Assembly (NCBI GenBank): GCA_951406725.2 | Contig: OX597814.1 | Location: forward strand, 150,970,001 to 151,034,000 | DNA from: Octopus vulgaris | Lineage: Eukaryota | DNA length: 64,000 bases | Reading direction: 5' to 3' | Shown: positions 11,662 through 22,465 of the stretch, in pieces | Layout of the letters: each line of letters opens with the position of its first letter | Numbering within the stretch: position 1 is the stretch's first letter | The notes under the pieces: generated by a model | Databases searched by the model: none | The model's input: the letters and a program-made list of their open reading frames with translations, nothing else | What the model was told of the DNA's origin: nothing | Position numbers and translations under genes: made by a program

Positions 11662-13911
11662 AAAATAGTGAATCTTTCTAACCTAAACCTGTCGACACCA
11701 CAAATAAAAATCCTTTCAAGAGGACTAAAATTCACCCCAACTCCGCAATACCCTAACCTGAGGGAAATACAGGATGACATCTCGCACTTTTGCAGAAAAT
11801 TACGCCTCACAGAGGAATTTTTTGACAGGAAAACTAATAACAACGACGAATCAATGGTCTGTAACAAAAGCAACTATAATCCCACAAAAGGCAAAAACAA
11901 AACCTTAGACAAATTTTGCGATTACATCTCCAACTTCCCTTATGGTGAACTCCCACAACCTAAACTCAAACCCAACACCAGTAAAAGAGAATGGGAAATC
12001 ATCCATACGCTACGAGACAATCATGACGTCACAATAAAGGAAGCTGATAAGGGTAGTACGGTCGTTGTTATGAATACTGAGCAATATAAAAACTCTGTAT
12101 CTCTCCTTTTAGAGGATACCACATACTATGAAAGAGTAGTCGACTACCAGCAATCCAAAACAATGACCAATCTGAAGGCACTCATTTACCAACACCGGAA
12201 TGACTTGACAGCAAAGGAATGCGACTACATTACTAAATTTAATTGCAAAACCAGCACACTCTATGGGCTTCCAAAAATACACAAGAGTCAAATTATCACA
12301 GAAGCTTGCAAAAAGTCCACTTCAACCTGCATCACTATACCACATCCCACTGATCTCAAACTGAGACCAATAGTGGCAGGCCCAAGTTGTGAAACACACA
12401 GACTTAGCAACTTTATAGATATCATCTTAAAGCCAATACTGAAACACATTCCAAGTATTGTAAGAGATGACCTAGACCTATTAAACCATCTCCCCAAACA
12501 TGCCGATAAAGACACCTTAATCGTTTCTTTTGATGTTATTAATCTTTACACCACAATCCCACATGAATATGGACTGGAAGCCATTAAATTCTGGCTGGAT
12601 AAATATCCCAATGAGATCCCGGAAAGAATTAAAAAAGAATTCATAATTGAGGGCCTCAAATTTATTCTGCAAAACAACTTCATGTATTTCCACAACAACA
12701 CTTACAGACAGGTCTCAGGAACTGCAATGGGTACGAAAGTTGTACCTACCTATGCAAACCTGGTGATGGCCTACCTGGAATCACATATCTATGAAAAATC
12801 CAAATATAAGTACGGCCAGTCTTTCCACAAATACCTGTTGGAGAACTGGAAACGCTACTTAGATGATTGCCTCATCCTATGGTCCCACACACTCGACCAA
12901 CTTATAGACTTCAAAAACCTTATCAGCAGTGTAAATAACAACATTCAATTCACAATGGAATATAGTCAGGACCAACTCCCTTTTCTTGACATCCTAATCA
13001 TTAAAAAAGGCGTCAACATTGAAACTGACATCCATTACAAACCCACTGACTCTAAACAATACCTTCTATTCACCTCCAATCACCCAAAACACACAAAGAC
13101 AAATATCCCCTTCAACCTAGCGAGAAGAATCTGCACTATTGTCTCAAATGACACAACACGAAATAGAAGACTCCGGGAACTAAGGGCAATTCTTCTCGAA
13201 AGACATTACCCGGCATCACTAGTAGACAACGGAATAGAACGGGCCAAATCAATCAACATTCAAGACTTTCGAAAACCCAAACACATCCACAGTACAGTAA
13301 ATAGCCTCCCCTATCTCTCAACACACAACCCAAGGAATGCAGAAGCTTACACTATTATATACAACAACATTCCACAACTAAATCAAGACCCACGCCTGAA
13401 AAAAATACTGGCAGCTCATAAAATAATAAAAAGTAAGAGACAACCTAAATCCCTAAAAAACCTCCTCACCAACGCAAAATTACACAACACAAACCCACCG
13501 CCCACCATCAAAAAATGTGGTCGCCCCAACTGCAAGACCTGCATCCACCTCATTGAGGGATCGTCGTACAAGTTCCACTCGGGACACACATTCATCATAA
13601 AAAATAATTTCACGTGCGCTTCAAAAAATTTACTCTACGTCATAAGGTGTGAAGGATGCCACGAAGACTACATAGGGCAAACGAGCCTTACCCTCAGAGA
13701 AAGAATGACAGTTCACCGACAACAACTGAGGGACCCCTCCACAAGACAGATACCACTAAGTGGACACTTAGACCTTTGTGCACACAATAAGTCCCCCAAA
13801 TTCTTAGTCTTCCCACTATACCAATGCTCGGACAACACCACAGACCAAACACGAATAAATAAGGAAAGTAATCTTATTCAAAAATACAGACCACAACTAA
13901 ACATACTCTAA
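11662..13911 (+). CDS. PLE polyprotein: reverse transcriptase + Cys-rich linker + GIY-YIG endonuclease (native 5' end missing)
   Basis: IVNLS..LSRGLKFTPTP N-terminal motif; LYGLPKIHK, LRPIV, SFDVINLYTTIP, GTAMGT, RYLDD, LPFLD, YKPT, SNHP; CGRPNCKTC linker; LLYVIRCEGCHEDYIGQT, R..H, ESNLI, PQLN; no stops. The first 21 aa of ORF 11599 derive from the inverted arm. Confidence 0.95.
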   Translation, partial: KIVNLSNLNLSTPQIKILSRGLKFTPTPQYPNLREIQDDISHFCRKLRLTEEFFDRKTNNNDESMVCNKSNYNPTKGKNKTLDKFCDYISNFPYGELPQPKLKPNTSKREWEIIHTLRDNHDVTIKEADKGSTVVVMNTEQYKNSVSLLLEDTTYYERVVDYQQSKTMTNLKALIYQHRNDLTAKECDYITKFNCKTSTLYGLPKIHKSQIITEACKKSTSTCITIPHPTDLKLRPIVAGPSCETHRLSNFIDIILKPILKHIPSIVRDDLDLLNHLPKHADKDTLIVSFDVINLYTTIPHEYGLEAIKFWLDKYPNEIPERIKKEFIIEGLKFILQNNFMYFHNNTYRQVSGTAMGTKVVPTYANLVMAYLESHIYEKSKYKYGQSFHKYLLENWKRYLDDCLILWSHTLDQLIDFKNLISSVNNNIQFTMEYSQDQLPFLDILIIKKGVNIETDIHYKPTDSKQYLLFTSNHPKHTKTNIPFNLARRICTIVSNDTTRNRRLRELRAILLERHYPASLVDNGIERAKSINIQDFRKPKHIHSTVNSLPYLSTHNPRNAEAYTIIYNNIPQLNQDPRLKKILAAHKIIKSKRQPKSLKNLLTNAKLHNTNPPPTIKKCGRPNCKTCIHLIEGSSYKFHSGHTFIIKNNFTCASKNLLYVIRCEGCHEDYIGQTSLTLRERMTVHRQQLRDPSTRQIPLSGHLDLCAHNKSPKFLVFPLYQCSDNTTDQTRINKESNLIQKYRPQLNIL

Positions 13912-14346
13912 CATACCCCTTGGAAACACATCCAGAGCAAGCACACAGGGACGCGCGCACGCTCACAGCATATAGTGCGGGCGGGCACATGCGCGCATCA
14001 GCACGCATAGGACACACTAGCGGGCATTGACCGCACACATACGTGGCATGCACACGCATGCATTATATATATGTAGGTGATGTATGTGTGTGAGTGTTAT
14101 ATGTAGGTGATGTATGAGTGTGTGTGTGTGTGTGTGTGTGCACGTTGTGTGTGTGTGTGCGCGGGTGTATATATATATATGTGTGTGTGTGTGCACTATG
14201 TGCGTGTGTGTGTATATGTGTGTGTACGCGCGCGTTGTGTGTGTGTGTGTGGGGGGGTGTGTGTGTGTGAATTTTTTTTACATATATATATGTGTGTGTA
14301 TGTGTGTGAAAAAATATATGTATGTGCATGTATGTATGTATGTGTG

Positions 14347-14379
<33 letters not shown>

Positions 14380-15614
14380 CTGTGTGTGTATGTGTGTGTG
14401 TGTATATTTATTTGCATGTTTATGTGTGTATAAACATGTACATTATTTGCATGCGCATTGTGTATATGTATATTGTATGTATGTGTATTGTATATGTATG
14501 TGTACAATTAAGTGTATATATGTGTGTGTATGTGTGCATTGTATATATGTATATTGTAGGTGTGCTATATATGCATGAATACATGTATATGCATTGCGTG
14601 TATATATATGTATGCATTGTGTATGTATGTTATGTGTGTGTGTGTGTATATATATATTATATGTATGCGTACGTGTATGTGTATGCATTGTATGTATGTA
14701 TATTGTGTGTATATGTGGTATATCTATGTATGTGTATGTAAACACTATTTATATGTATATATGTATATATGTATATGCATTGTCTATATATATATATATT
14801 ATATGTATGTATTGCGTATGTATATTGCATGCATATATTGTGTATGTGTATTATTTACATGCTGTATGTGTGTATTGTATGTGTATATATATGCTAGGTG
14901 TATTTGTGTGATATTTATATTATGTATGTATGTGTGCGTGTGTTGTGTGTATGTGTGTGTGTTGTGTGTATGTGTGTTATATATCTGTGTATATTATATA
15001 TAGATACATGTTATATTTGTGTGCTGTGTGTATATGTGATATATGTGGGTGCGTTGTGTGTGGGTGTGTGTGTTCTGTGTGTGTGTGTGTGTGTTGTTTG
15101 TATGTGGTGTGTGTTTGTATACTATGTGTGTGTGTGTGTGTGTGTGTTGTTGTTGTTGTGTGTGTGTGTGTGTATATATATATGTGTGTGACAAACAGAC
15201 GCTATCTGACCAGCGGGCATGGACACATCTATTCACACCCGCATACTAACCTCCTGATAACCCCAAAATCATTCATGCATAAAGGGGAAGTATACACCAC
15301 ATTGGCTACTTCTTCTTTTCTCTCAGTTCAGCGTTTCTGCTAATACCGACAGGTCAGTAAAAACATATTCTCGCCTTAAACTTAAAATATTCTGAGATGT
15401 ATAAAAAATCCATTTTAATTTTTGCTGTCAAAAGGCTGTATATATATACCAAAGACTGTATATATATATATACATGTAATGTGACAATTTGCGACAACCA
15501 ATAATTAACGCAACCAATTCCCAATAATATATTTGTTTTATCCTTTTCTGCCAAATTTTCCCAAATATTCTCATCACACTATTGAACTTCTCTGTTACCA
15601 AACACTATATTTAT

Positions 15615-15760
15615 ACATGTAATGTGACAATTATGTATAAAAAAACATTTTTGAATTCATAATATCCAATGTGACAATTATGTAAAAAACTTTTTTGAAT
15701 GCATAATATTCAATGTGACAATTATGTAAAAAAACTTTTTTTGAACCCATATTATTCAAT
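15615..15760 (+). repeat. Three ~45-bp tandem units just upstream of the hammerhead (mirror copy ~9482-9625)
   Basis: AATGTGACAATTATGTAAAAAA..TTTTGAA..CATAATATTC repeated three times. Confidence 0.8.
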
Positions 15761-15773
15761 GTTTCCTTAAATG

Positions 15774-15818
15774 TTACTTTTGACAAACTTTTACCAAAGA
15801 GTGAAACCGGTTAAGTAA
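15774..15818 (+). ncRNA. Minimal type I hammerhead ribozyme motif (U3-A8 variant), right-arm copy
   Basis: Stem I TTACTT/AAGTAA perfect; core TTGACAA; stem II ACTTTT-ACCA-AAGAGT (one G-U); GAAA; palindromic ACCGGT stem III; predicted GUU cleavage site at 15812; AATAAA at 15818-15823. Confidence 0.8.
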
Positions 15819-15855
15819 ATAAACATCGTTTAAATTGCATTTTCAAACCTTTTTT

Positions 15856-15891
<36 letters not shown>

Positions 15892-16634
15892 GTAATATAT
15901 ATTTAATATATGTCTGTGTGTATATATATATATATGTGCGTACGTATAACGGTTCTTAAGGTGGCATAGAACATCCTATATACAAATGTTCTATCTCAGC
16001 GCTCGCCTTTCAATGAATAAGCAGACTCAGGACACACAACCATAAACGTATATGATGGGATAGGGGATAAGTATTTGACTCAGCTCAGCATTAAAGTTTC
16101 ACTGGTGAAACCTTCACTTTATCAGATTTTAAAGACACTGTGAAAAAAATTTAAAAGAAATTTTAAATGATTTCATGATGAGAGTATTTAGACCTTCAAG
16201 TTTCGTGGGATTTTTTTGCTATCATACGTGGTGTAGCAGCCCAGATGTTAGCGTCACCTAGTGGGTATTTTTACGAGATAAAATTTTCAGCGACAGCAGG
16301 TTTTTACCCTGCATGTTACACGTTGTAGAATAGAAAATAAGTAGCTGTCAGTTATTTGTCTCTCAGGAGAGAGAGAGGGAGAGAGAGAGAAGAGCCTTAT
16401 AGGCTTGTTATCAAATAATTATGATGAATATTTTTATATTGGGAACTAAAATTTAATGCAACAAATCGTCAGAGGTAGAAGTATTTCCGACTTTAAAACT
16501 GGAACCAGTCAGTCAACAAGTAGCGACTTTTAGAAGATTGGACTGAATGAAGTTTTAGTGAGGTAGGTATGACAAAATATATTTCTTTCAACGGTTACAT
16601 TTATAATGGATAATTCGTAATGGATAATCCTTTC

Positions 16635-17445
16635 CTAGTCCCACCATACACACAACAACCTTTTACTCGGATGAAGATCTTGTTTCACGCGCGGTGTCGC
16701 TTGTGTACCGGGGCTAAGGCATTCCTTATGCTGCTTCATATTGATGTAAAGGCACCATTTTTCGTCGCCAGTAACGATTCGGTAAAGAAGTCGTTGCTTG
16801 TGTCCATGAGTTGAGCGGTGACGAACAAGCAAACCAGCGGAGATTATGGCTCGTTGATTTTTTGTTGTTGTCACTTAAAGCATGCAAACCCATGCTCCAT
16901 ACTTCTGAACCTTTCCCATCGAGTGAAGATGCTTTTCTATAGCAGTGTGGGAGCATTCCATTTTCTCTGCCAGTTCCCTTGTCATTTGAGGAGAATTTTC
17001 GTGCAAAGGTTGATTTAATCGCTCTTCATCGAACGGCCAGAACGAGGTGCGTCTTTGAGGTCAAAATTTCCATGTTTAAACTTGGCATACCAATCACGAG
17101 CGGTTCTTTCAGCTATGACACCCTCTCCATACACAGCGCAAATGTCACGAGCAGCTTTTGCGGCCTTAGAACCTTGATTAAAAGTAAAAAGAAGAAGGTG
17201 TCGAATATGCTCGTTTTTCTTATCTTAACATTCCATTTTAATGATCTGAAAAGGAACAAAAATTAACTAAAATTAACTAGAAAAAAGACAAAATAGATTC
17301 CAAAATGATTCAAAAATAGAATTCTCGAAAAAAAAATAGATTCCAAAATGATTCAAAAATAGAATTCTCGAAAAAAAATAGATTCCAAAACTTAAAAACG
17401 CAAAAAATTCTAAAATTTCAAAAACGGTGGAAACTTAATTGCCAT
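16635..17445 (-). mobile_element. Mariner DNA transposon remnant (5' half, transposase pseudogene)
   Basis: From ATG at 17236: MEC*DKKNEHIRHLLLF..AARDICAVYGEG..W..KFKHGNFDLKDAPRSGR; then RIVTGDEKW and HPSKRLLCVWWD; TIR-like AAAACGGTGGAAACTTAATTGCCA at ~17421-17445. Confidence 0.88.
17290..17390. repeat. ~43-bp tandem repeat in the mariner 5' UTR
   Basis: AAATAGATTCCAAAATGATTCAAAAATAGAATTCTCGAAAAA about 2.4 copies. Confidence 0.85.
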
Positions 17446-18115
17446 TGTTATGGTTCTAAGTAGTTACTAGTTGTCTAGTGAAGAAAAAATTTTTCTTTTA
17501 ATTTTCATCCTTACGCTTAGTATATTTAGAGAAAAGAAAGGAATTAAAATGATAATTCACAATAATGTCATTTTGGAATTAAATAAAGACCACTGGTCAG
17601 CTTCAATAATTTCTAAGAATTTGCATGTACATAACCGACAGATTTTCTAGACAACGTTGTACGAATTAGCAGATTTTAATATGGACCGTTCCAAGTCGTA
17701 GGGATTGTTTGGACATTCAAATTGAAGATATGCTCAGCAAGAGAAGTAGAATTCTTAGAGTTTTTTTTTTTTAGATAATAAATGACATATGTGTAATGTC
17801 TTCTTTATTCAATTTAGAAATTGAGAAGAATTTATGGGTTATAAAATTACATCTATAAACCAGATCATCCTTGCAGTGGCTATTAAAAAGACAATCTTCT
17901 TTCACTTGAATTTTTATTAAGATTTGGCTCGTAGGATTTCCAAGAGGCAGGTGGAAAATTGCTTGGATTGACACTAGAAATTTTATTATCACTTTCGTTA
18001 TCCTTATTACTCTGTAATAAATACAATCTTATATGCTGATTTTACTGCAATACTTACTGCTATTGTTAATATTATCATTATTAAAATCATTACCACATTA
18101 AAATCATTACTATTA

Positions 18116-18116
18116 C

Positions 18117-18176
<60 letters not shown>

Positions 18177-18193
18177 CATCAGCAGCAGCAGCA
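18116..18193. repeat. (TAG)n/(CAG)n microsatellite
   Basis: Direct reading. Confidence 0.95.
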
Positions 18194-19104
18194 GTGGAAG
18201 TCGGATGCTGCTGCTACTATTTTGATCATGATTATCAATGATACCTTAGATTAATTACAGGAAGCATGTATTTGATATGCCTAGATTGAGAATTATTGTT
18301 TTCTACTATCAATATTTGAAATGCCACAACTATATATATTCATAAATCCTTGATCACAGTAAAGTGACAAAAAATCATATTTGTGATATTTGGAGATGCA
18401 GTAGGAATGTTGGTCATTAGATTTTTCTGATGCATATAATATTTTGACAGCAATTTACAGAATTATAATTATTACTCGTAGTGAGTCTAATAGGTTTGGC
18501 CTAGGATAGTGTAGTGTTTTATTTATATATTATGAAAAATATACAGTATCGTTTATAGTATTATTTATAGGATAATTTGATGAGAGGTTGGAAATAGAAG
18601 ATTTTACTTATCTGTCAGGTATATTCATTCTTCCATTTCATTTCATTTAAGATTACTGTCACGTTGCCTATTAACATTTTTCTGAGAAGATAATTTATTT
18701 ATCTCCTTATCGTTTTTAATCACATCATTTAAGGTAATATTAATATTGATAGGATTAATTCGATTAAGTCGAAGTTTAAGTTTACCATTATGTCAATATT
18801 TCATTTTGTTATCTTATTCGCTTCGTTCTAGAAACATCATTACAGTATGCTAAACTATCATTAAAGGTTTTTTATTAGCTGAAAGATTAGAAATTCTAAA
18901 TGAAATGCTTACACCAAACTATTTAGGAATTTTAAAATTTATATACTGTAAAGATTTATTGAGTTTATAATATGCATAATAAAGACCAGAATTAGAATTA
19001 AGAATAACATCGAGAAAATTTTACAAGTTTAGTATCCATCTCAAAGGGAATGGGCAAATTATAAATTATGAAGGGACTTTCTAGATCATTCTGATTGAGA
19101 TAGA

Positions 19105-19327
19105 GTTTACTCATTTACTCTTTTACTTGTTTCAGTCATTTGACTGCGGCCATGCTGGAGAACCACCTTTAGTCAACCAAATCGACCCCAGAGTTTATTC
19201 TTTGTAAGACTAGTACTTATTCTATCGGTGTCTTTTGCCGAACCACTAAGCTACGGGGGACGTAAACACACCAGCATCGGTTGTCAAGTGATGTTGAGGG
19301 GATAAACACAGACACACAAACATATAC

Positions 19328-19362
<35 letters not shown>

Positions 19363-19408
19363 CGATGGGCTCCTTCCAGTTTCCGTCCGCCAAATCCACT
19401 TACAAGGC
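19105..19408 (-). mobile_element. SINE family A (5' truncated)
   Basis: Reverse complement of the family A body and tail. Confidence 0.85.
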
Positions 19409-19411
19409 CTA

Positions 19412-19979
19412 AATCTTCCATATAGATATGTATTCGGCTAAAACGATCGTTAAAACCAACTTATTAGCGAGAAAGCCTACATTATTATGTATTTAGTGAT
19501 AGTGGAGAGAAAATTCTCACGATATAGACCATCCCCCATGGTTTGTAATAATTTCTCTGCAATTCTAATAAAATGCATAATCCGACAGGGTCATTTATCT
19601 GAATCAGATGAACTCAAAGTTAACCCAAAATTACTACATCTAGATTTTGAAATCCTGTAATTATCAATGATAGATATAAGTGTGTTCCTGGATATTAAAA
19701 ACATAGTCTGTCTGTAGATGTGATATATTTTTGGCTTGATATACTTTTGATGGTTTGTGTATAACATTCTGAAATAATTTAAATTAAAATTAATATTAAT
19801 AAATTATGAATAATAATCACGTATTTTTAGAATTAGTGGCTTTATTCTTAATAAAGCGGCCGTTGAAAGCAATTTGAATATGATCTATCTGTGAAATGTA
19901 TGCTTTTTCGCTAATTTACTCTAAGAATACGTTGGTTTTAACGATCGTTTTAGCCGTATACATATCAATATGGAAGATT
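19412..19979. mobile_element. MITE-like element with ~70-85 bp imperfect terminal inverted repeats
   Basis: AATCTTCCATAT..CGGCTAAAACGATCGTTAAAACCAAC vs GTTGGTTTTAACGATCGTTTTAGCCG..ATATGGAAGATT. Confidence 0.65.
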
Positions 19980-20057
19980 CTTTCCGTCTGGATATACTAC
20001 AATATTATAACGTATCAGAATTTAACGATGCATTATTATTTGAGCTTTTTATAAATA

Positions 20058-20093
<36 letters not shown>

Positions 20094-20096
<3 letters not shown>

Positions 20097-20503
20097 AGTG
20101 GCTGTGTTGGTAAGTATCTTGCTTCCCAACCACATGGTTCCGGGTTCAGTCCCACTGCATGGCACCTTGGGCAAGTGTCTTCTACTATAGCCTCGGGCCG
20201 ACCAAATCCTTATGAGTTGATTTGGTAGACGGAAACTGAAAGAAGCCCGTCGTATATATGCATATATTTATGTGTGTGTGTGTGTGTGAGGTCGTGTGTT
20301 TGTGTCTGTCCCCACAACATCGCTTGACAACCGATGCTGGTGTGCTTACGTCCCCATAACCTAGCGGTTCGGCAAGAGACACCGATAGAATAAGTACTAG
20401 GCTTACAAAGAATAAGTCCTGGGGCCGATTTTCTCGACTAAAGGCGGTGTTCCAGCATGGTCACAGTCAAATGACTGAAAGAAGTAAAAGAGTAAAGAGT
20501 AAA

Positions 20504-20504
<1 letters not shown>
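20094..20504 (+). mobile_element. SINE family A, full length (tRNA-like head, internal microsatellite, LINE-like 3' end)
   Basis: TGGCTGTG(T)TGG / GGTTCAGTCCC boxes; CACCTTGGGCAAG; tail GGCGGTG..CCAGCATGG..CAGTCAAATGACTGAAA plus (AGTAAAG)n. Confidence 0.9.
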
Positions 20505-20537
<33 letters not shown>

Positions 20538-20905
20538 CACGTGGCGTCAGATTCTACTCAGAGTTGGCAGATGGTGACCTTTATGTAGTAAAACAAAAAA
20601 TAAGTGAAATACAGGCGCACGACTGAGTTGCAGGCAGATTTACTTCTGCCTATATAGCACGTAGAGAAAACAGTTTTGTAGGATTGTACGCAGCACGTGT
20701 AGTACAACAGTACAATGATTGAAAAACCCGGGCGAATTATGCCTACCTAATCTAGAAATGAAAATAGGCATATATTGCATTTTATGCATAGTATTAATAG
20801 TAACCTTCATAAATTTTTGAATTAGATGCATATTTTGCCATAAAAGGAAAATGTTGCTATTGATTATTTTATTCAAGATACGCACTGCCTTACCTTACCT
20901 ACCAA

Positions 20906-20960
<55 letters not shown>

Positions 20961-20963
<3 letters not shown>

Positions 20964-21442
20964 TGCTTTATTTTGAGATTGCTAATAATAAAATACAGAC
21001 TGGAGTTATAGGGCTCCAAGTGAGCTATATTCCGCTTATTAATCTGAATGGAGGCAATGCAAGCGGAAACTAGAGAAGCATACTTAAAAACCACACTCAA
21101 AATCAAATATATACACGTATTCTTCTATATTTATAAAACAGATATGAATCTTCCAAAGATATAAATATAAAACTACATATAAATAGAAAATATCCATATG
21201 ATATATAAAACAGGGAATTTTAGATTTAAAAGTTATAATACATTCGTGTAATACATTCGTGTCTTTTATATATCATCACGATATTTTCTATTTCTATTTA
21301 TTTTTATTTTTATGTACTTGGAATTATTATATCCGTTTTATAAATGTAGAAGAATATATGTATATATTTGATTTTGAGTGTGGTTATTAATCATGTTCCT
21401 CTAGTTTCCGCTTGCATTGCCTCCATTCAGATTATTAAGCGG
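20961..21442. repeat. Diverged fold-back insertion between (TA)n tracts
   Basis: 21032-~21210 is an imperfect reverse complement of ~21262-21442; extra sequence 20961-21031 on one side only. Confidence 0.8.
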
Positions 21443-21450
21443 TATGCAAA

Positions 21451-21467
21451 CATATATATATATATAT

Positions 21468-21530
<63 letters not shown>

Positions 21531-21557
21531 TATATACATATATATATACATATATAC

Positions 21558-21590
<33 letters not shown>

Positions 21591-21628
21591 CATATATACA
21601 TATATATATACATATATATATATACACA

Positions 21629-21690
<62 letters not shown>

Positions 21691-21943
21691 TATACATATA
21701 TATATATACATATATATACATATATACATATATATATACATATATATATGTATATACATATACATATATATACATATATACATATATATATACATATATA
21801 TATGTATATACATATATATATGTATATACATATACATATATATTTATACATATATATATACATATATATATGTATATACATATACATATATATTTATACA
21901 TATATATATACATATACATATATATATACATATATATACATAA

Positions 21944-22020
<77 letters not shown>

Positions 22021-22031
22021 ATATACATATA

Positions 22032-22095
<64 letters not shown>

Positions 22096-22257
22096 TTAAA
22101 TTAGAGACAAACACTATTATGCAAATCAATGCTTTGCATAATAATGGTTGTCTCTAATTTAATATAATATAATATTTTACTATAAAATTGGATTCAATCC
22201 TAAATCTGATTTTTCCCTGTAAGTTTGGATTTATTCCTTAATTTTTATTATTATTAT

Positions 22258-22290
<33 letters not shown>

Positions 22291-22300
22291 CATATATGTA

Positions 22301-22332
<32 letters not shown>

Positions 22333-22339
22333 CATATAC

Positions 22340-22376
<37 letters not shown>

Positions 22377-22465
22377 CATATACACATATATATATACATA
22401 TACATATATATACATATATATATATATACATATACATATATATACATATACATATATATACATAT
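21451..22465. repeat. Long (TA)n/(TACA)n microsatellite, interrupted at 22092-22255
   Basis: Direct reading. Confidence 0.95.
22092..22255. repeat. Short fold-back insertion in (TA)n
   Basis: 34-bp arms 22092-22125 / 22133-22166 plus a one-sided ~90 bp extension. Confidence 0.8.

Larger units (their letters stand above)
9345..15864 (+). mobile_element. Penelope-like retroelement (Neptune-type) with long inverted terminal arms, inserted in (TA)n
   Basis: RT + GIY-YIG ORF; 9380-11661 is the reverse complement of 13779-15864; (TA)n at both ends; hammerhead motif in each arm. Confidence 0.93.
13779..15864 (+). repeat. Right arm: ORF end, GC-rich segment, (TG/TA)-rich tract and pseudo-LTR
   Basis: Inverted partner of 9380-11661. 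Confidence 0.95.

Noticed and set aside
9899-15343. Many C/V/Y/I/H/T-rich ORFs here and at 21368-24339, 26000-26900, 52195-53186 and 57209-57601
   Set aside because: Translations of TA/TG/CA microsatellites, open in multiple frames
9380-15864. Reading the long inverted repeats as TIRs of a DNA transposon, or as LTRs
   Set aside because: The arm includes the ORF's own 3' end, the ends are asymmetric and the protein is a PLE RT-GIY-YIG
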